Shown: one piece after another, positions 40,001 to 53,500 of the stretch
How positions within the stretch are numbered: position 1 is the stretch's first letter
Layout: every line of letters starts with the position of its first letter
Source of the DNA: Utricularia gibba
Taxonomy: Eukaryota > Plantae > Magnoliophyta
Length of the DNA: 64,000 nt
Reading direction: 5' to 3'
Assembly (NCBI GenBank): GCA_002189035.1
Contig: NEEC01000012.1
Span: 2,170,001-2,234,000 of the forward strand
Program-made: the position numbers and the translations under genes
Notes under the pieces: model-generated
The model's database searches: none
Seen by the model: only the letters and a program-made list of their open reading frames with translations
Told to the model about the DNA's origin: nothing

Positions 40001-42095
40001 AAGAACATTTTTATGGTCCAGATGCTTCACTAATATTGATAGCAAAAAGTGTGTGTTGTGCCCTGCAAAAGTAATTGTAGATGATCATTTTCTTAAACAA
40101 GACCCATGAACTCAAAAGGGGTTTAAATGGAAACAAACCAGAATTATCCATCAGGAGTTGCATATCTTTCAGAACTTGAAACGCAATCCCAGTTTCAATA
40201 GGCCACTGATTCCCATTGTCGAAGTATCTGAATAAAGATTCTAGAACACGACGCATTGTTGTAGCTTCATTCCCAAGATTAGCCATGTTCTGCAAGCAAA
40301 CCCGAGACCAAAAACATGGACTTTTTGATTCCTCTCTGTTAAAAAATTAGGATCAGGGTTCACCATATGTGCATTTAGATGATATGTAGGTTTCTCAGAA
40401 GAAAAACTTACACGGTCACATTAAGCTGTCCTTTATCATTGACAATGTATCTCCATGAAGGAACCTTTTGTATTTGGTCTGGAACAAACGAAACGTGCCC
40501 CTCAGTTTTCTGAACTTCTTGCAGCCAACGATTCTGATTTTGATCATTGGTTTCCTTAGTTTGGTCTTTATAATTTTCCAAGACCACAAAAACAATCTGT
40601 AAAGATAAGGAGTTGTTTTTTTTTTAAATAAAAAAACAGAGACATTAAAAGAAGAGGACCTTGAAATACACACAGAAACGTGGGCTTACATTATCAAACT
40701 CTGCAGAAATATGAGAAGTTTCACCCATGAACCAAATCTGAAGAAAAGGAACAGAAAGCTTGCTAAAATGCCCTTTCAAAAACAAGAAAAAATAAAACTG
40801 GCCATGCATTGATATCAACAGCTTGAGCACCGTAATCCAACACACTCAAGTACGATGCCAAAAATTTGATGGTTATGTAGCAATAATTGGTGTAAGCTAT
40901 CAAGTATTATGAGGCACATTCAGAAGTAATTTGAGATCACAAACCATAGCAGATAAAGCCTGTAGCCCAGCAGCCTGTAGATCTCCGGCCACTTCAGTTT
41001 CTCCAACTTCTTGTGCAATTTGGCAAAGTTTGGGAATTAACCCTTCTAGGTTAAACATGTAAGTTGCTTCATTCTGAAGTGCATGAAAAAGAAATCACCT
41101 CAATTTTTCGCATGAATACTCATGAGACAATGGAGGCTGCATATGTCGCGAGCATATACGAACATGTATGTATACAAACCTGATTATTTACAAAATCAAA
41201 GAGAGTTTGACATCCCACAATGAGCACTTCATCTTGGCTTGTCTGATCAAGCAAGATATATATGATACTCAATAAACTATTTGCAAATAGAGGCCTGGCA
41301 TGAAAATGATATATATAAGTATTTTGTTAACCAAGTTGACTATGAAATGTATGAGTATTTTCTAGTTTCAGGGCATAATATTGAAAATGTACCTCATTCA
41401 AGACTGTAAGTTTTGTGCTTCATGACAAAATTCCACCAGAAAAATAATATGAAAATGGCATAGAACAATAAAGGGTGCATACATTTGTCCTTTGCACGAC
41501 ACCAACAGCTTTCTATAGATACTTGTAACAATTTTCACAGCTCGGATGTTCTCAACTCTCAATTCTTTGTAGCATCTTTGTTCAAGGGTACTCGTTATCT
41601 GCAATTTCAAGGCATCGAACATTCAGTACTTTAACTTTATCATGTTAACCAAGTTCTAAAACAAAGGTCCCTCATCGTAAAAATCATTCCAAGTCATCAT
41701 TCCATCAACAGCAAACAAGGTGGTGTATGATTTAGAGAGTACAGAAACATACCTACGACACAAACTCTAAGCAAATTGAATCAATACCTTTGGTATGCGC
41801 ATTGGATTTTTTGCTGCATATTCACATAATTTGCCTATTTTACGGTCATTAGGCTCTTCATCCTATACATGGAAACATGGAGAGTAAATAACAGACATAT
41901 CTCTTTCAAGGGTGGTGCAATGCAGAAAAATCGAATCATAAAACTTACTGGCGATCTCGGGAATATCTCCGAAATAAACTTCTTATATCTCTTCACAGGC
42001 TGCCTAGATCTTGTACGTAATGCAGGGCAGAAGAAACACATGGTATCACATGCAGGCAAAACTTGCCTCGATATCACACCCGAAACAACACTCAT
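37077..42095 (-). CDS. EFR3-like / SEMI-ROLLED LEAF 2-like ARM-repeat protein (~19 exons)
   Basis: Motifs: SRQVLPACDTMCFFCPALRTRSRQPVKRYKK, PNDRKIGKLCEYAAKNPMRIPK, LAKEATT-like LGNEATTMRRVLES, FPEALFHQLLPAMVHPD and the family C-terminus LPTSSPYDNFLKAAGC*. Confidence 0.9.
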
Positions 42096-42970
42096 GTTTA
42101 CGTCAGAAATTAAACCCGTCTCGAATCAAGCATCAATATCTAAGTGGTCTCCTCCCCTTCTTTATCTCGGATATGAAAGATCCCTGCAACCGAGGGAGAA
42201 AAAGAAGGGAAAGGAAAGCCCAAGTTCAACGAAATCGCGCACCAACCTACAGAAATGCAAGTTCAATAAAAATCAGCAGCATTTCAAGTATACAATCTAA
42301 CAAACACACCCTGAATCAACACCAATGGATCCAAGGCTACAAAATTCTCATCTTTTACCCATATTTGAACTCCAAGAATGATACAAGACGATCCCATTGT
42401 TCCAAAATACTTCAGATTCTTCAAAAAACAAAACGTTCACAGAGACCCATCATACGGAGCTAAAAGAAAACATACCAAATGCTGAAAATATTCTCTTTTG
42501 GTTAGCTTTCTTTTCACCTGAGGCGGGCAAAGAAGAACGAGGGCGAATACGCTGATAATCCATTAAAGAATTTTAGCCTTCCTCCGATTCTTCGGCCGAA
42601 AACTTCGATGCTCTGTATCTCCCCCGTTTTCCTCCAAAAAAACCATGCAAAAACGCCGCAAATTCCCATTTTTTTTAAAATAGCATTTAATGTCTTCAGC
42701 TTGATGTTTCAAATTTTGGCTAAATTTTTAAATCCAAATTTTTTAAAATTAAAAATAATATATTTAAACAACGGTAAAAACGGAAAACCAACTATTGAAG
42801 ACCCTTGAAGTGAAAGGGACTTCAGATGAAGTCTGAACTACTGTAGTTCAGTAGGGAGCTTCATTGCTGAAAAGGGCAGTTTTTGAATGAACTCTTGCTT
42901 CCAGAACAATTCAAAAGAGTTGGGAATCATCAAACGTCAATGGCGCCACAGCTCTGGAATTCCTGGTGTT

Positions 42971-45900
42971 TCAAGCGGCATACTCAGAAGCGCTCAGGTA
43001 CTCACCATGCTCTTCAAAGTAGCCAACTAAGCGCTTCAAGAACTTGTCGCTGCTAACAGTTTCAGTGTCACAGATGAGACAGCACTGCCTCCGTGCTCGA
43101 GTCACCGCAACGTTCATCCTGCGATGATCGCTTAGAAAACCAACCTAAACAAAAGTGGAGCATGTAGTCAGCCACTTCATGTACGGGTGGTTTATAAAAG
43201 TACTCATTCTACATTTCTTTCATACACACTAAGCACAACTTACACATAGGATGGATAGTTTTCTCACACAATCATTTGACAGTGGATATTTTTCAAAATC
43301 ACCCGCTTCATTTACACACTGAATGCATCATTTGTCATTCATGAGGGGTGTAGGTGCATGGTGTTTGTTTATGTACCTCGTTCTTGGAGTTGGACCGGAC
43401 CATGGAGATGATAATGGCTTCCTTCTCACGACCTTGAAACCCATCAACTGTAGATATTTCTACATCACGGAGCTTGTCTTCTTTGCTCCGTAACATCTTC
43501 AGCAGCACAACCTGAAATATGACTAGCATTCGAGTTTGAAGTTGCATAAAGATAAAACCGATATACAGATTTATTAATCCAGGGCTTGCCTGTGCTGCAT
43601 AAGGAGCTATAATTCCTATACTGGAAGCTGGGACTGCACTTTCGATCAGTCTCCTTGCATGTCCAATGGCCACAGAAGCTTCACCTTCGTTTAATGTACT
43701 CTCTTCTTCGTCCTTCTTCTCTTCCATGTCACAGCTGATATGAAGATCAGTTTCGTAGTATTTCTAACTACACATTGGTGACTCAAGATTTTGAATAGTA
43801 AGAGGTCAAATAATAGAAGCTATACCCAGCTGTGTCAATGAGAAGGAGCGTTGGTTCTGTTGAAGATGACTGTCTGACATCATCCATATCATACAAAGTA
43901 TGTTCGGCAACACTTGAATGAGCTTGCATCTGTTGTCATACCATAGAAACACAAGCGGATACGACAGGCTCCAGTAAGGTGACAGCAACAGAACAACCAA
44001 TAGTTTTTAACCCAAGAAAATATTCAAAATTTAAATTTATGGATACGTGATTTAACAACTTCACGTAAGTACCTTTCCAAAATAGAACTCTTGAGATGAC
44101 CAATCCATGATAAGTTTGTGCATACGATACTGAACAGTGAGCATGGACTTCATGTCATCACCATATAAATCAGCAAGACGCTCAAAGAGGGTTCTTCCCA
44201 ATCCTTTTTTCTCTGCTTCAACACTTTGAATAGTCGGTGGCAGCTGAAGATGATCACCAGCTAATATGCATCTAGATCCCTATATAAAGATTAGCAAAAA
44301 GATCCTTAGGGTAAACCATTTAGATGTTAGGGGCAGAAAAAAAAATCATTTTACATAAAAGGGAAATATTTACAACGTCTTACAACTGTATTAACCTTCT
44401 TATAATAATTTATTTATAAAAAAATTATGCATTCTGATAAACTTGCTGCAGAATTCTAATACTACCTTCAAAATTGCAATCCAGCATGCAATTTCTAATG
44501 CCTGGGCAGCTTCATCTATAATAACCAAATCAAATGAGAAGCCATCCAATTTCTTTGACAATGCACCGGTCAATGTTGTTAATACAACATCTGCATTTTT
44601 AATTACATCAGTCACAGCCAGCTGCTGCCTTTTCCTCTCTTCTTTTGCTAAAATCCTCAGCTCCTTTCTAATACCACTTTTAGTGTTTCTATCTTTCACT
44701 TTTAAAAGTTGGGAATTTAAAACCTGTAAAAATTCAAGGAGTTGACACAATGAGCTAGGACCAGATAAATTCAAACGATACTAAGAAACACATGGGCATG
44801 ATATGCATAACTGACGGGCGGATGGGGGGAGATTCCACTAATTTCATCAAGACTAAAAGTTTGAGAACAACAGACCTTCATCTCTTTTCGAATGTCATTT
44901 GCAAGAGCACTGTTGTCTCCACGCAGAACCTACATGATAGCCAAAGACAATGTCATGCATCTAAGTATCATCCCTTAACACATGAAAATTTCTCACTACA
45001 ACAGAAATTATGTAAATCAAAGTAGACTAGGCAATGATGGGCTACAAGAAATTAAATATTCCATAAGAAGAAATAGCGGAAGCACCTGCGCATCCAAAGC
45101 AGTGTCCAGCACTTGAGGAAGCAAGCGTGCAGGATGGCCTACTCTAACCAACTTAACCCTATTGCAGATCAGTAAAGCAATTGAGCAGCTTCAAAAGAAA
45201 GAAAATCTAAAGAAATATCAGGACCAACACCTACTTTTTCAAACACCTTTTACTCGGATTAGAGATAAGCTACACACAATATTTAGTTATTGTGTCCATA
45301 GGCTCAAATTTGGAATTGTAGGACAGGAAAATCCCATACCTGTGAAGAGCAAGTCTCTCCACAATGTTATCGACAGCAATATTAGAGGCAGCACAAGCAA
45401 GGATTTTTGATCCACGCTTCACTTCTTGCAAGATAATTTCCACAACAGTGGTAGTCTTCCCAGTTCCAGGAGGTCCATGCAGCAAAAATATGTCCTTGGA
45501 CGATAGAGCCCTTGAAATAGCAGCTTTCTTCAAATATACAAATTCAATACATACTTTTGATATCAAGATTATTGTGGTAGAGTATCTAGGGAGGAAAAAA
45601 AATTGGAACTGGTTCCTAAATTTTTCCAAGAGAAAATACATAGGACAAGCCATATTCAAAAGCAATATGGTCCCTATTTCTCCACTCCACACCTAGTGTT
45701 GTTCCAAAAATTTGAATTGAGCAACGGGAAACAATCTAAGGTTTTTTGAAAGGTCCTAGCAGTCTAATGCTGGGCTTCAGCATGATTATGCGATTTGAGT
45801 CTATTATCTCAAAATCTGCTAAGCTGCTTTAAATGGATACAAGTAGCATACGTTCTCGAGAAAAGAGTAATCAGACCTGTGACTCATCCAGTTTTTGATT

Positions 45901-47159
45901 TATGGGACTAAATTTGACTTCCTTCTTTGCCACTCGTAGTGGCATCTCACCAAATAAGATAGGGATAAGGTCCGCTGCAGGACCCTTCTGTATACCCTTA
46001 CTCAGCTGCGACAGCGTTTCTTTCATCCTATTATACGTGATCTGAAATCAGTCAGAAACTTGAAATTTCTGAGTGTTCAAAGGAAAATTAGAAACAAAAA
46101 CTGCAATGATTGTCAGGCATGCCATACTAAGAAGCAATATAAAGAGTTATTCAATCATTTCATTTTTTTGGTTTATAAACAATCATAAATGAATTACAAT
46201 ATATTTAATTGGGGTATCTAGTGCTCATGTGCTGTGATCCAACATAGAACCATGACAATGTCTACTACAATTTTAGAGGTATCCATGCAGTACCTCATTT
46301 GCCACTTTTTCTAGGCGTATTGGGGAATTGAGGCCCTCTTCTGGGATATCATCAAAAGCAACAGTAACGGAAGAATCCTGAAAATGAGAAGAAAAGCAAC
46401 AGGGGAGTTAAAAAACCATGTTCAAAAAACCATGTGTGAAAGATTAATGCTGTCATATTTCCCATCACCTTGATTCGGTAGACAATGCCCTGTCCTAGAG
46501 GAGGAGATCCGCAATCAGCTTTGTTTAATCTTAGTACCACCACATCATGAATTCCAAACTGTTTGAGTTGAGAATGTTTAACATTTGGTAGTCCAACAGG
46601 CGACAACTCATAAATATATTCACAAGGTGACTACCTTGTGAGGAGGTAGCACATCCCCCTTATTTGATTGAAACTCAAGAATAGACTTTCCCATCAGCCC
46701 TGTCTACAGGAAGCACATTCAGAAAGATGAGCTCACCCAAATGACAACACCGTCCAAAGCTGGATACTACCTGAGCATCCACACACTTCAAATTAAAGAT
46801 GATCGACCCCTTATTCTGCGCACTTTCCAAACTCCGTGAAGCCCCCGTGGCCAAGGAAATAGAAATCTCCGCTTCCTGGTCCACTTCCACATTTAAATCA
46901 TGTGCAAAAAAAAAAACACTAGTCACAAAAAAAAACATATCCACCAATAGATCAACAAAAATGTCTTTGTACTTCAAATAACCCCAAAACAAAAACCGTC
47001 ATACGCATTGGAGAGAGCATACATCCACATTCTTTTGCATGTTAGATGAAAATTGAATACCTTTTCCATATCGATTAGAGGAGCCATGGTGGAGACGAAC
47101 TCTTCGACGGTAATTTTCTTACACGGAGACTTCATTGTTGAATTCCTCGCCTTCTCCAT
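42971..47159 (-). CDS. DNA-binding protein SMUBP-2 / IGHMBP2-like SF1 (Upf1-like) helicase
   Basis: Motifs: [13 protein letters not shown], Walker [59 protein letters not shown] and [11 protein letters not shown]. All exons join in frame. Confidence 0.93.
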
Positions 47160-47503
47160 GGCACCAGTGGAGCTCTCGTATCTTTCCTCAGCCTCACGCT
47201 TCACAAGCTCTGTAATTTGTCTTCATGGCTTGGGCCTGCTCGCTATAGCGTCAACGAGCCGACGTTGAGCCCATGGAGGCCCAACCACCGACAAATTCTC
47301 ACACTAAATTCCCATTAAATTTCAATTTTTTTTTAAAAAAAAGCATGTAAGTTTAATGGATTCAAGTCAGGGAATAATGTTAATAATTGAATTGAATTTA
47401 ATAAATTTTTAATTATATTTTAATTTTTTTAAAAAAAAATTAAACAGATGTAATCCATTTTTAAATTTAACATGAGTTTACATTAAATCTCATTTAACCT
47501 TAA

Positions 47504-47714
47504 GATCTGTTTGGTATTGTTTCAAAAAACAATTTCAAAAAATTGATTTTAAAAGTGATTTAGTTTTTTTTTAAAACAGTAGTACCCCAACTTCTAAAAA
47601 AATTGAACCACTTCATTATTTCAACTTCATGTGAAGCAGAACCAACATGTGTTTTGTCTAAGAATTGTTTCTAGAATTACTTTTACTAAAATAGAAGTCG
47701 TACCAAACAGACTC
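47504..47714. mobile_element. Tourist/PIF-Harbinger-like MITE (~210 bp)
   Basis: Termini GATCTGTTTGGTA (left) and TACCAAACAGACTC (right) form an inverted pair, flanked by TAA and TTA. The interior is AT-rich and resembles the 32.9 kb element. Confidence 0.65.
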
Positions 47715-48183
47715 TTAGACTAAACCTTTGATTTTAAAACATCGGATCAAAGTTTTGGCTTCTTATTTAACTTTTGATAAAATAATATTATAATATAAAA
47801 AAACTATGTAAATGCATCATATTTTCTACTTTCTAGTAATTATTATTTAAATTATATCTTTTTATTTCAAACATTTTAAATTCCATAAATCTTGAAAAAG
47901 CATATTCCAAACACAGGCCGTTACTTGTGCTTCTTTTGCAAAAATCATTAACCTGGAGGACCGGCCCGTAATTTTTATTCCTCAAGCTACCAGCGAAGAG
48001 GATAAGACAGAGCTCATGAAACTGAATAACGAACCTCAGAAAGGATAAACAGCGTACAAAGATCTCCCCAAGTTCCTTCCCACGACACCAACCATAAACC
48101 ACAGACGACATCTCGACCCCGTGTCGATAACCGCGACGACGACGGAGGAGGAGCCGCCGGAGAAGGGCTGCTGCAATGCTTGT

Positions 48184-50501
48184 TCACAGCATGCAGTCGG
48201 TCCTTGCCGGCAGCCTCCGGAAGAAGTTGAGCGGCACTGAGGGGAGCTTGTGCCGGAACCTGGGGTGCCTCAACACGTAGAAGCCCGTGATAAGGGCGAC
48301 CACCTGGAAAGGTGTCACGTACAGAACGATAGCAGCAACCAAGCAGAAGATAACGAACAGGGCTGTGGCTCTGGGGTCTCTCCAGCTCAGGAGGGACTGG
48401 AGCCTCTCCCCTTGTGTCGCCAAGTCGCCAACCACCGTCTGGATCCGACCTGCGATGCTTCGTAAACGATCGTACCTCATTCTCACGATGTCCGCCGGGC
48501 GGGAGGTCGGGAAGGTGTCGAACTCCTCGTCGAGTTCGTCGGGATGAGCATTGTCTGCACAAGAAAGACGGGTATCCATGTGGGGTGGGTGTCTTGGCCT
48601 CCACCGGTAGTACCAAACTCCGATCAGGAACAAGTACAGGAAGATGGTGGGTAGGATCAGTTCAGGATACAGCACCAGAATGATGAACAGGATGTGAATG
48701 AGCACCGTGGTGATTGGATTCTTCCAATGGCAAATCTGATCAAACCATTTCCCTATAGCAATCAGGCCGCCGAGAACGCCCATGATCCTGAAGAAGTTCG
48801 CTTTGCTGCGCCTCATACTCCACATATGAGAACTGACATCAAGCATATACTCCACCACCTCCTTCCTTAACGGCGGCTCCGCCCGGCTCAGCCTCAACGA
48901 GACGATCTGAGTGGCCTGGTGCCTCAGATTGTCGAGCTGAGTGATGGTCAGAGGATGGATGTAGTGCATTTTGGGCAACAAGGGTTGAGAGTACATATGC
49001 ATCATGTTCACCAAGGACGAACAGGTGAATCGGACAGCCAAGTGAATCTCTCCCATCTTCTTAACTCCAGAATTGTGCAAGACCAGAAGAGGATAAGAAT
49101 GAGTGTACACACGATCTGTTTCTAGAGTTGAAAGGCGAATCCTCACCTTCCCGATTCTCGAATCCCTCCCAGATTTATCTCCAGGATGCAGATGACCGTT
49201 ATCGAATACCCCAACAGTCACAACAGTGCAAGGATCATAAACCTCCCAAGTGTATTGCTCGTTCCACTTTGGAGCAAAGCTGTCGATGATTGTTCGAGTT
49301 CTGACCCACTTTTGCCCATACTTTGCAACACAGTAAGCATCGGTAGTCGCTCGGCCGTCTTTCGATTTCATCGGAGAGAGTCCATGAGCATTCAGAATCC
49401 CCAACTCCAGAATCCCAATACTGGATTTCCATAGCACCTTCGCTGTTGGCCTGAGATCGCTGCTGTAGTGAGTTGACTCATCTAGGACATGGTAGCCACC
49501 TTCCAGACAAATTCTCATATGAATCTTGCTGGCGAACTTCACTTCCCTTTTCTTCTCACCTTCAACAATGACATGCTTCTCAAGATTATACCATCTTGAT
49601 CCCACAGGCTTGTGATCCAGCCTCCTATCGATGTACTGCAAAGGAATCCCACACATCCCCAGAACTTCATCCTTGTTGGGCGCAACACGATCTTCAACAC
49701 TTAAAATGAGGGCATCCTCGAAAGGCTCAGCAGCCACGAACATCAGATCCTCGTTCCACATAGGATTTATAGACTTGTTCATAGAAACTCTTGTCCTCAA
49801 TGCCTGGTTTCCCAGTATGGCCTTTACATACACTTCTGGAAACCGGCCCTTGTCGTTTGGTATCAGATCCTGAGCTTCAATCACATTCACCCTCAGATAC
49901 CAGAGCTTGGGTGATAAATAGACTTTCGATCGTATGTTTGCGACACCATCGGCACCGCTAACAGCAGCAGCATCAGAATGCCACGCCTCTGGAAATGCCT
50001 CATCAGCTTGTGTTCCCATCCACACTGCCAACATGAGCTCTCCTTTCGCCTTATCATTCTTCCGGTCCTCCAAACGATACCACTGAGGCGCCAAGGGACT
50101 GTCAGGAGGAACCCTTTTCGGGATCTCGTTCAAGTCAAAGAGAACTCTACCAACAAAGTCATCCTTAACAACATCTTTGTCCTTGACTGTTACTTCAAGA
50201 ACGGATGCCTGAATCCGGTCTTTTGAGAAGGCAAATACCTGATTCCATTCCGGGTTCGACTTTTTCTCAAAATGGCGTGTTAATCCCCTGTAGTTTCCCA
50301 GCCTGATCTCAACATATGGATCAAGGCTACCCGTGACATCCTTTCCAGGCAAATCCTTGGCCTTCACAACCCGGACATAAAGATACTGCATTTGCTCAAC
50401 AAGATCATAAGTGCTAGTGAGTTTATCTCCGGTGACCTTTCCACCGCCGAGGCGGGGATTGGTTTCCTTCAATGCAAAATCTTCTAGAGGGGTCTCTGCA
50501 T
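48184..50501 (-). CDS. Multiple C2 domain and transmembrane region protein (MCTP, FTIP3/MCTP3-4-like), intronless CDS, with a -1 frameshift after codon 4
   Basis: A 762-aa open frame (TYDLVEQMQYLYVRVVKAK, three C2 domains, PRT_C with DEEFDTFPT and RYDRLRSIAGRIQTVVGDLATQGER, ending RRLPARTDCML). The natural start MQRP... is at 50501. Confidence 0.93.
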
Positions 50502-53500
50502 TTCCTCAAGTTCTTTAGAATCTGCAAAGCACAAAAGAAAAAAGCATAATGTGATTTCTAGAGCACTCAGAGAACACTGTTTAGGGTCATTGTCAGCTAT
50601 GCAAGAAAACAGATGCGATATGCAGAAAACCAGCAGCAAACAAAAAAGACACTGAAATGGCAGGAAAGCGATGCATAACCTTATTTTATTTATGTATAAA
50701 TAGACTGATGAAGAAAGCTAGCGAAATCCAGAACCTCAAGTCAACGGAGCATCCAGAATCTGATGAGCAAACGCACGAATCATCCAAAGATCACATCAGG
50801 AGCCAGATATTAAAAAAAGGAAAAAAGAATCGCGCAGTCAAAATCAGGGAAAAACAAGTAAGAAAGCACTAGTGGAAGAATCTAACATTTCAAACCATAA
50901 AAGACTTGGAACTTCTAAAACCAGAAGTAAACCCTGAAGGCGAACAAACAGATGGAACTTGAAATTAAACCGGCGGTGAGGTCCCGAAGAAGACAAACGA
51001 AATTTAGGACTCTGGGATATACTTTCTTGCAAGCCCGAAAAAAAAAAATCACAGGCTCGGATCTGCGCACAGGAGCACGGAGAACACAGACAGAAAAGAT
51101 ACACGAAAGCAAAATAGCACAAGAGTAAAAATATCAGTAACTTGAAATGTGGGAAGGGAATGCATCAGAACCTACTACAAAACCAGAGTAAATTTCCACC
51201 GCCTCGGATCTGAACACAGAAACCCAGAAAACCAGATAAAGAAGAAGAATACAAGAGGCAGAAAGAATTAACTACCCGACAAATTTCACGAATACAGAGA
51301 AACAAACACGTTATGGAAAAGCTTAATCGACGTCCCATTCCAATCAATCCCGTACACAAATCATGGAAAACTCATCCTACCAAGGAAAACTGCGATCTTT
51401 GAACAGAAAAGACGACCAAAAACAAAAAGAAACAGCAATGCAGTTGGTAAAGCAATCGGAGAAGCCAACTTGACAATTTCTCATCTCCTACATCTCGGAC
51501 AATTTCATTTTCTCAGTCGAGGGAGAAGAAAAGAGGTGTGATGTTGTTCCTCCATGAAGAAAGTTGAGTGCTTTAAGCAAAGGTAGATGACTATGAATAT
51601 ACCTTGCGGGCTTACTTCACCCACGAAAATGTTCTCCTAGAGAGCGAATGCCAGAACTCACTCCAGCGAGAAAAGAAGGGGGTAAAAGAAAAAACAGTGA
51701 AGTGTGAGAGAATGAGAAAAGGAGAGAAAGGGATTTGTGGCTTTTTGAATCCACTCCAGTATAAAGAAAAAGCTATATAACACGAAGCGTGGGAGCAAGA
51801 AACAAGACAATTCTTCCTTCAATTAATTCCACCACCCAATCTCCCAAAACACTCATATTTACTCTCTATAATTTCCCTAATCTCCCATGAGAGGAAAAAC
51901 AATGGTGGGGGTCGGCGAAATGACAGTGAAACATACAAAAGATTTTTGCTTCACCAAAATCACCTATACCCCACGTTCCCCTGCGTTGTTTCTGCTACTC
52001 TCTCTTTTACACGTCGCAGCTTTTGCAACCTTTGACCGCCGGTGTGCCGGAAAAATTCTCCGGGGAGGGTGAATATCAGACAAATCAAAAGTAAAAAGCT
52101 GTCTTTAATTACGATTCCGCACATGCTGACATTTTTCTTTAAATTCATGAAGACGAACATTTCAACCATCCAGCCTTGATCGATCCTTCTTCAATGCAGT
52201 AAATGGTGCTCAATTTTTAAGTACCAATTAATGCCACTCCAAAAGTCAAATTTTTAATTTCTCAGGTTCACTTTAAATTGTTTTATTGCAAAAAAAAAGA
52301 CACAAATTCATCTTAATTAATTTTCTTACTAAATGCATCTAAACTGTAGCGTTTTGTTTGATTTATGGGATTATATGAGTTTAAAAGTAGGATCATAAAT
52401 TATAAGATGTTTAGTTGATAGTTTTAAATAAATTTGAGATTATATGAGTTTTTGTATTCACATGTACATAAGTTTATTTAAAATCACATTCTTCATTTAA
52501 TTTATTGAAAACCACTTAATCCAATTTCTAGTCCCAATAACTAAAACTAATTAAAAAATTAATTTCAATATATCAAGTTTATTTTAACCTAAAAAAATTA
52601 AACTTATCTTATCTCATTCCCATGAATGAAAAACTAGGTAAGAATTTGATTTTGATCAATAGTAAAAAAATTAAAATAAATTAAGTTACTTTTTCACCCA
52701 CTTTTACAGAAGTATGCTATTTTAGGAAAACAATTCAAATTTTTGGCCAATAATAAATTAGCTTGTTATAAAATACAAATTTCCAATTAAAAAAAAAGAC
52801 TAATTTAGAATACCGCGCGAAGTGGGGCCCACTCATTCGGCAAATTTAAATATATAATAAATTGTTTCAATTAATAAATTTTTACCAAACGTTATGTCAA
52901 AACATTTATGGAAGCTTTAGAATCTATAAAAACAAAAGGCCTGGACTTGAATTTCACGTATATTTTAAAATGCTTCGGTTATTGCGAAATAATTTCCTTT
53001 TTAATTTTAAATAACTATTTTTAAATAAAAAATAGTTTTTGGATATCATTATTATTTATCACATCAAAAATAATGTCAGTTTGGGAAAAAAACAAAAATA
53101 TGTATTAAACTAGAAACCGTACAAGAAGCATATCGTTATCAATTTACGATATGACCCCCGTATCATCACATAATGGCTGAACTGAGAAGGTATTAAGGTC
53201 TTTAGGTGATCGCTAAAAATCTGATTCTTTACAAAGTCGCTTTCGGGATTCCCAGGATGTAACTGCAGCGGGCCCCGTGGTAGACGCCACCGATACCGAC
53301 GCTGCAACCGCCGGAATCCAACGATACATCGCCTCGGTGGCGCCAATGATGGAGCTTAGTTTCTGATCGTCGATTTGATGCACTGTTACATCTTTTTTCC
53401 TGCACAAATACACCATTCGGATCGTGAAATTCGATTCTGATAGAGATTCTGCTGATCACATTTAACTGAGTGGATATCGCGTATTATTGTGTCGATTCTG

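Noticed and set aside
48014-49873. Long alternative-frame and antisense ORFs overlapping MCTP (e.g. 48014-48616, 200 aa)
   Set aside because: By-products of the GC-rich codon usage of the real gene; no recognisable domains.
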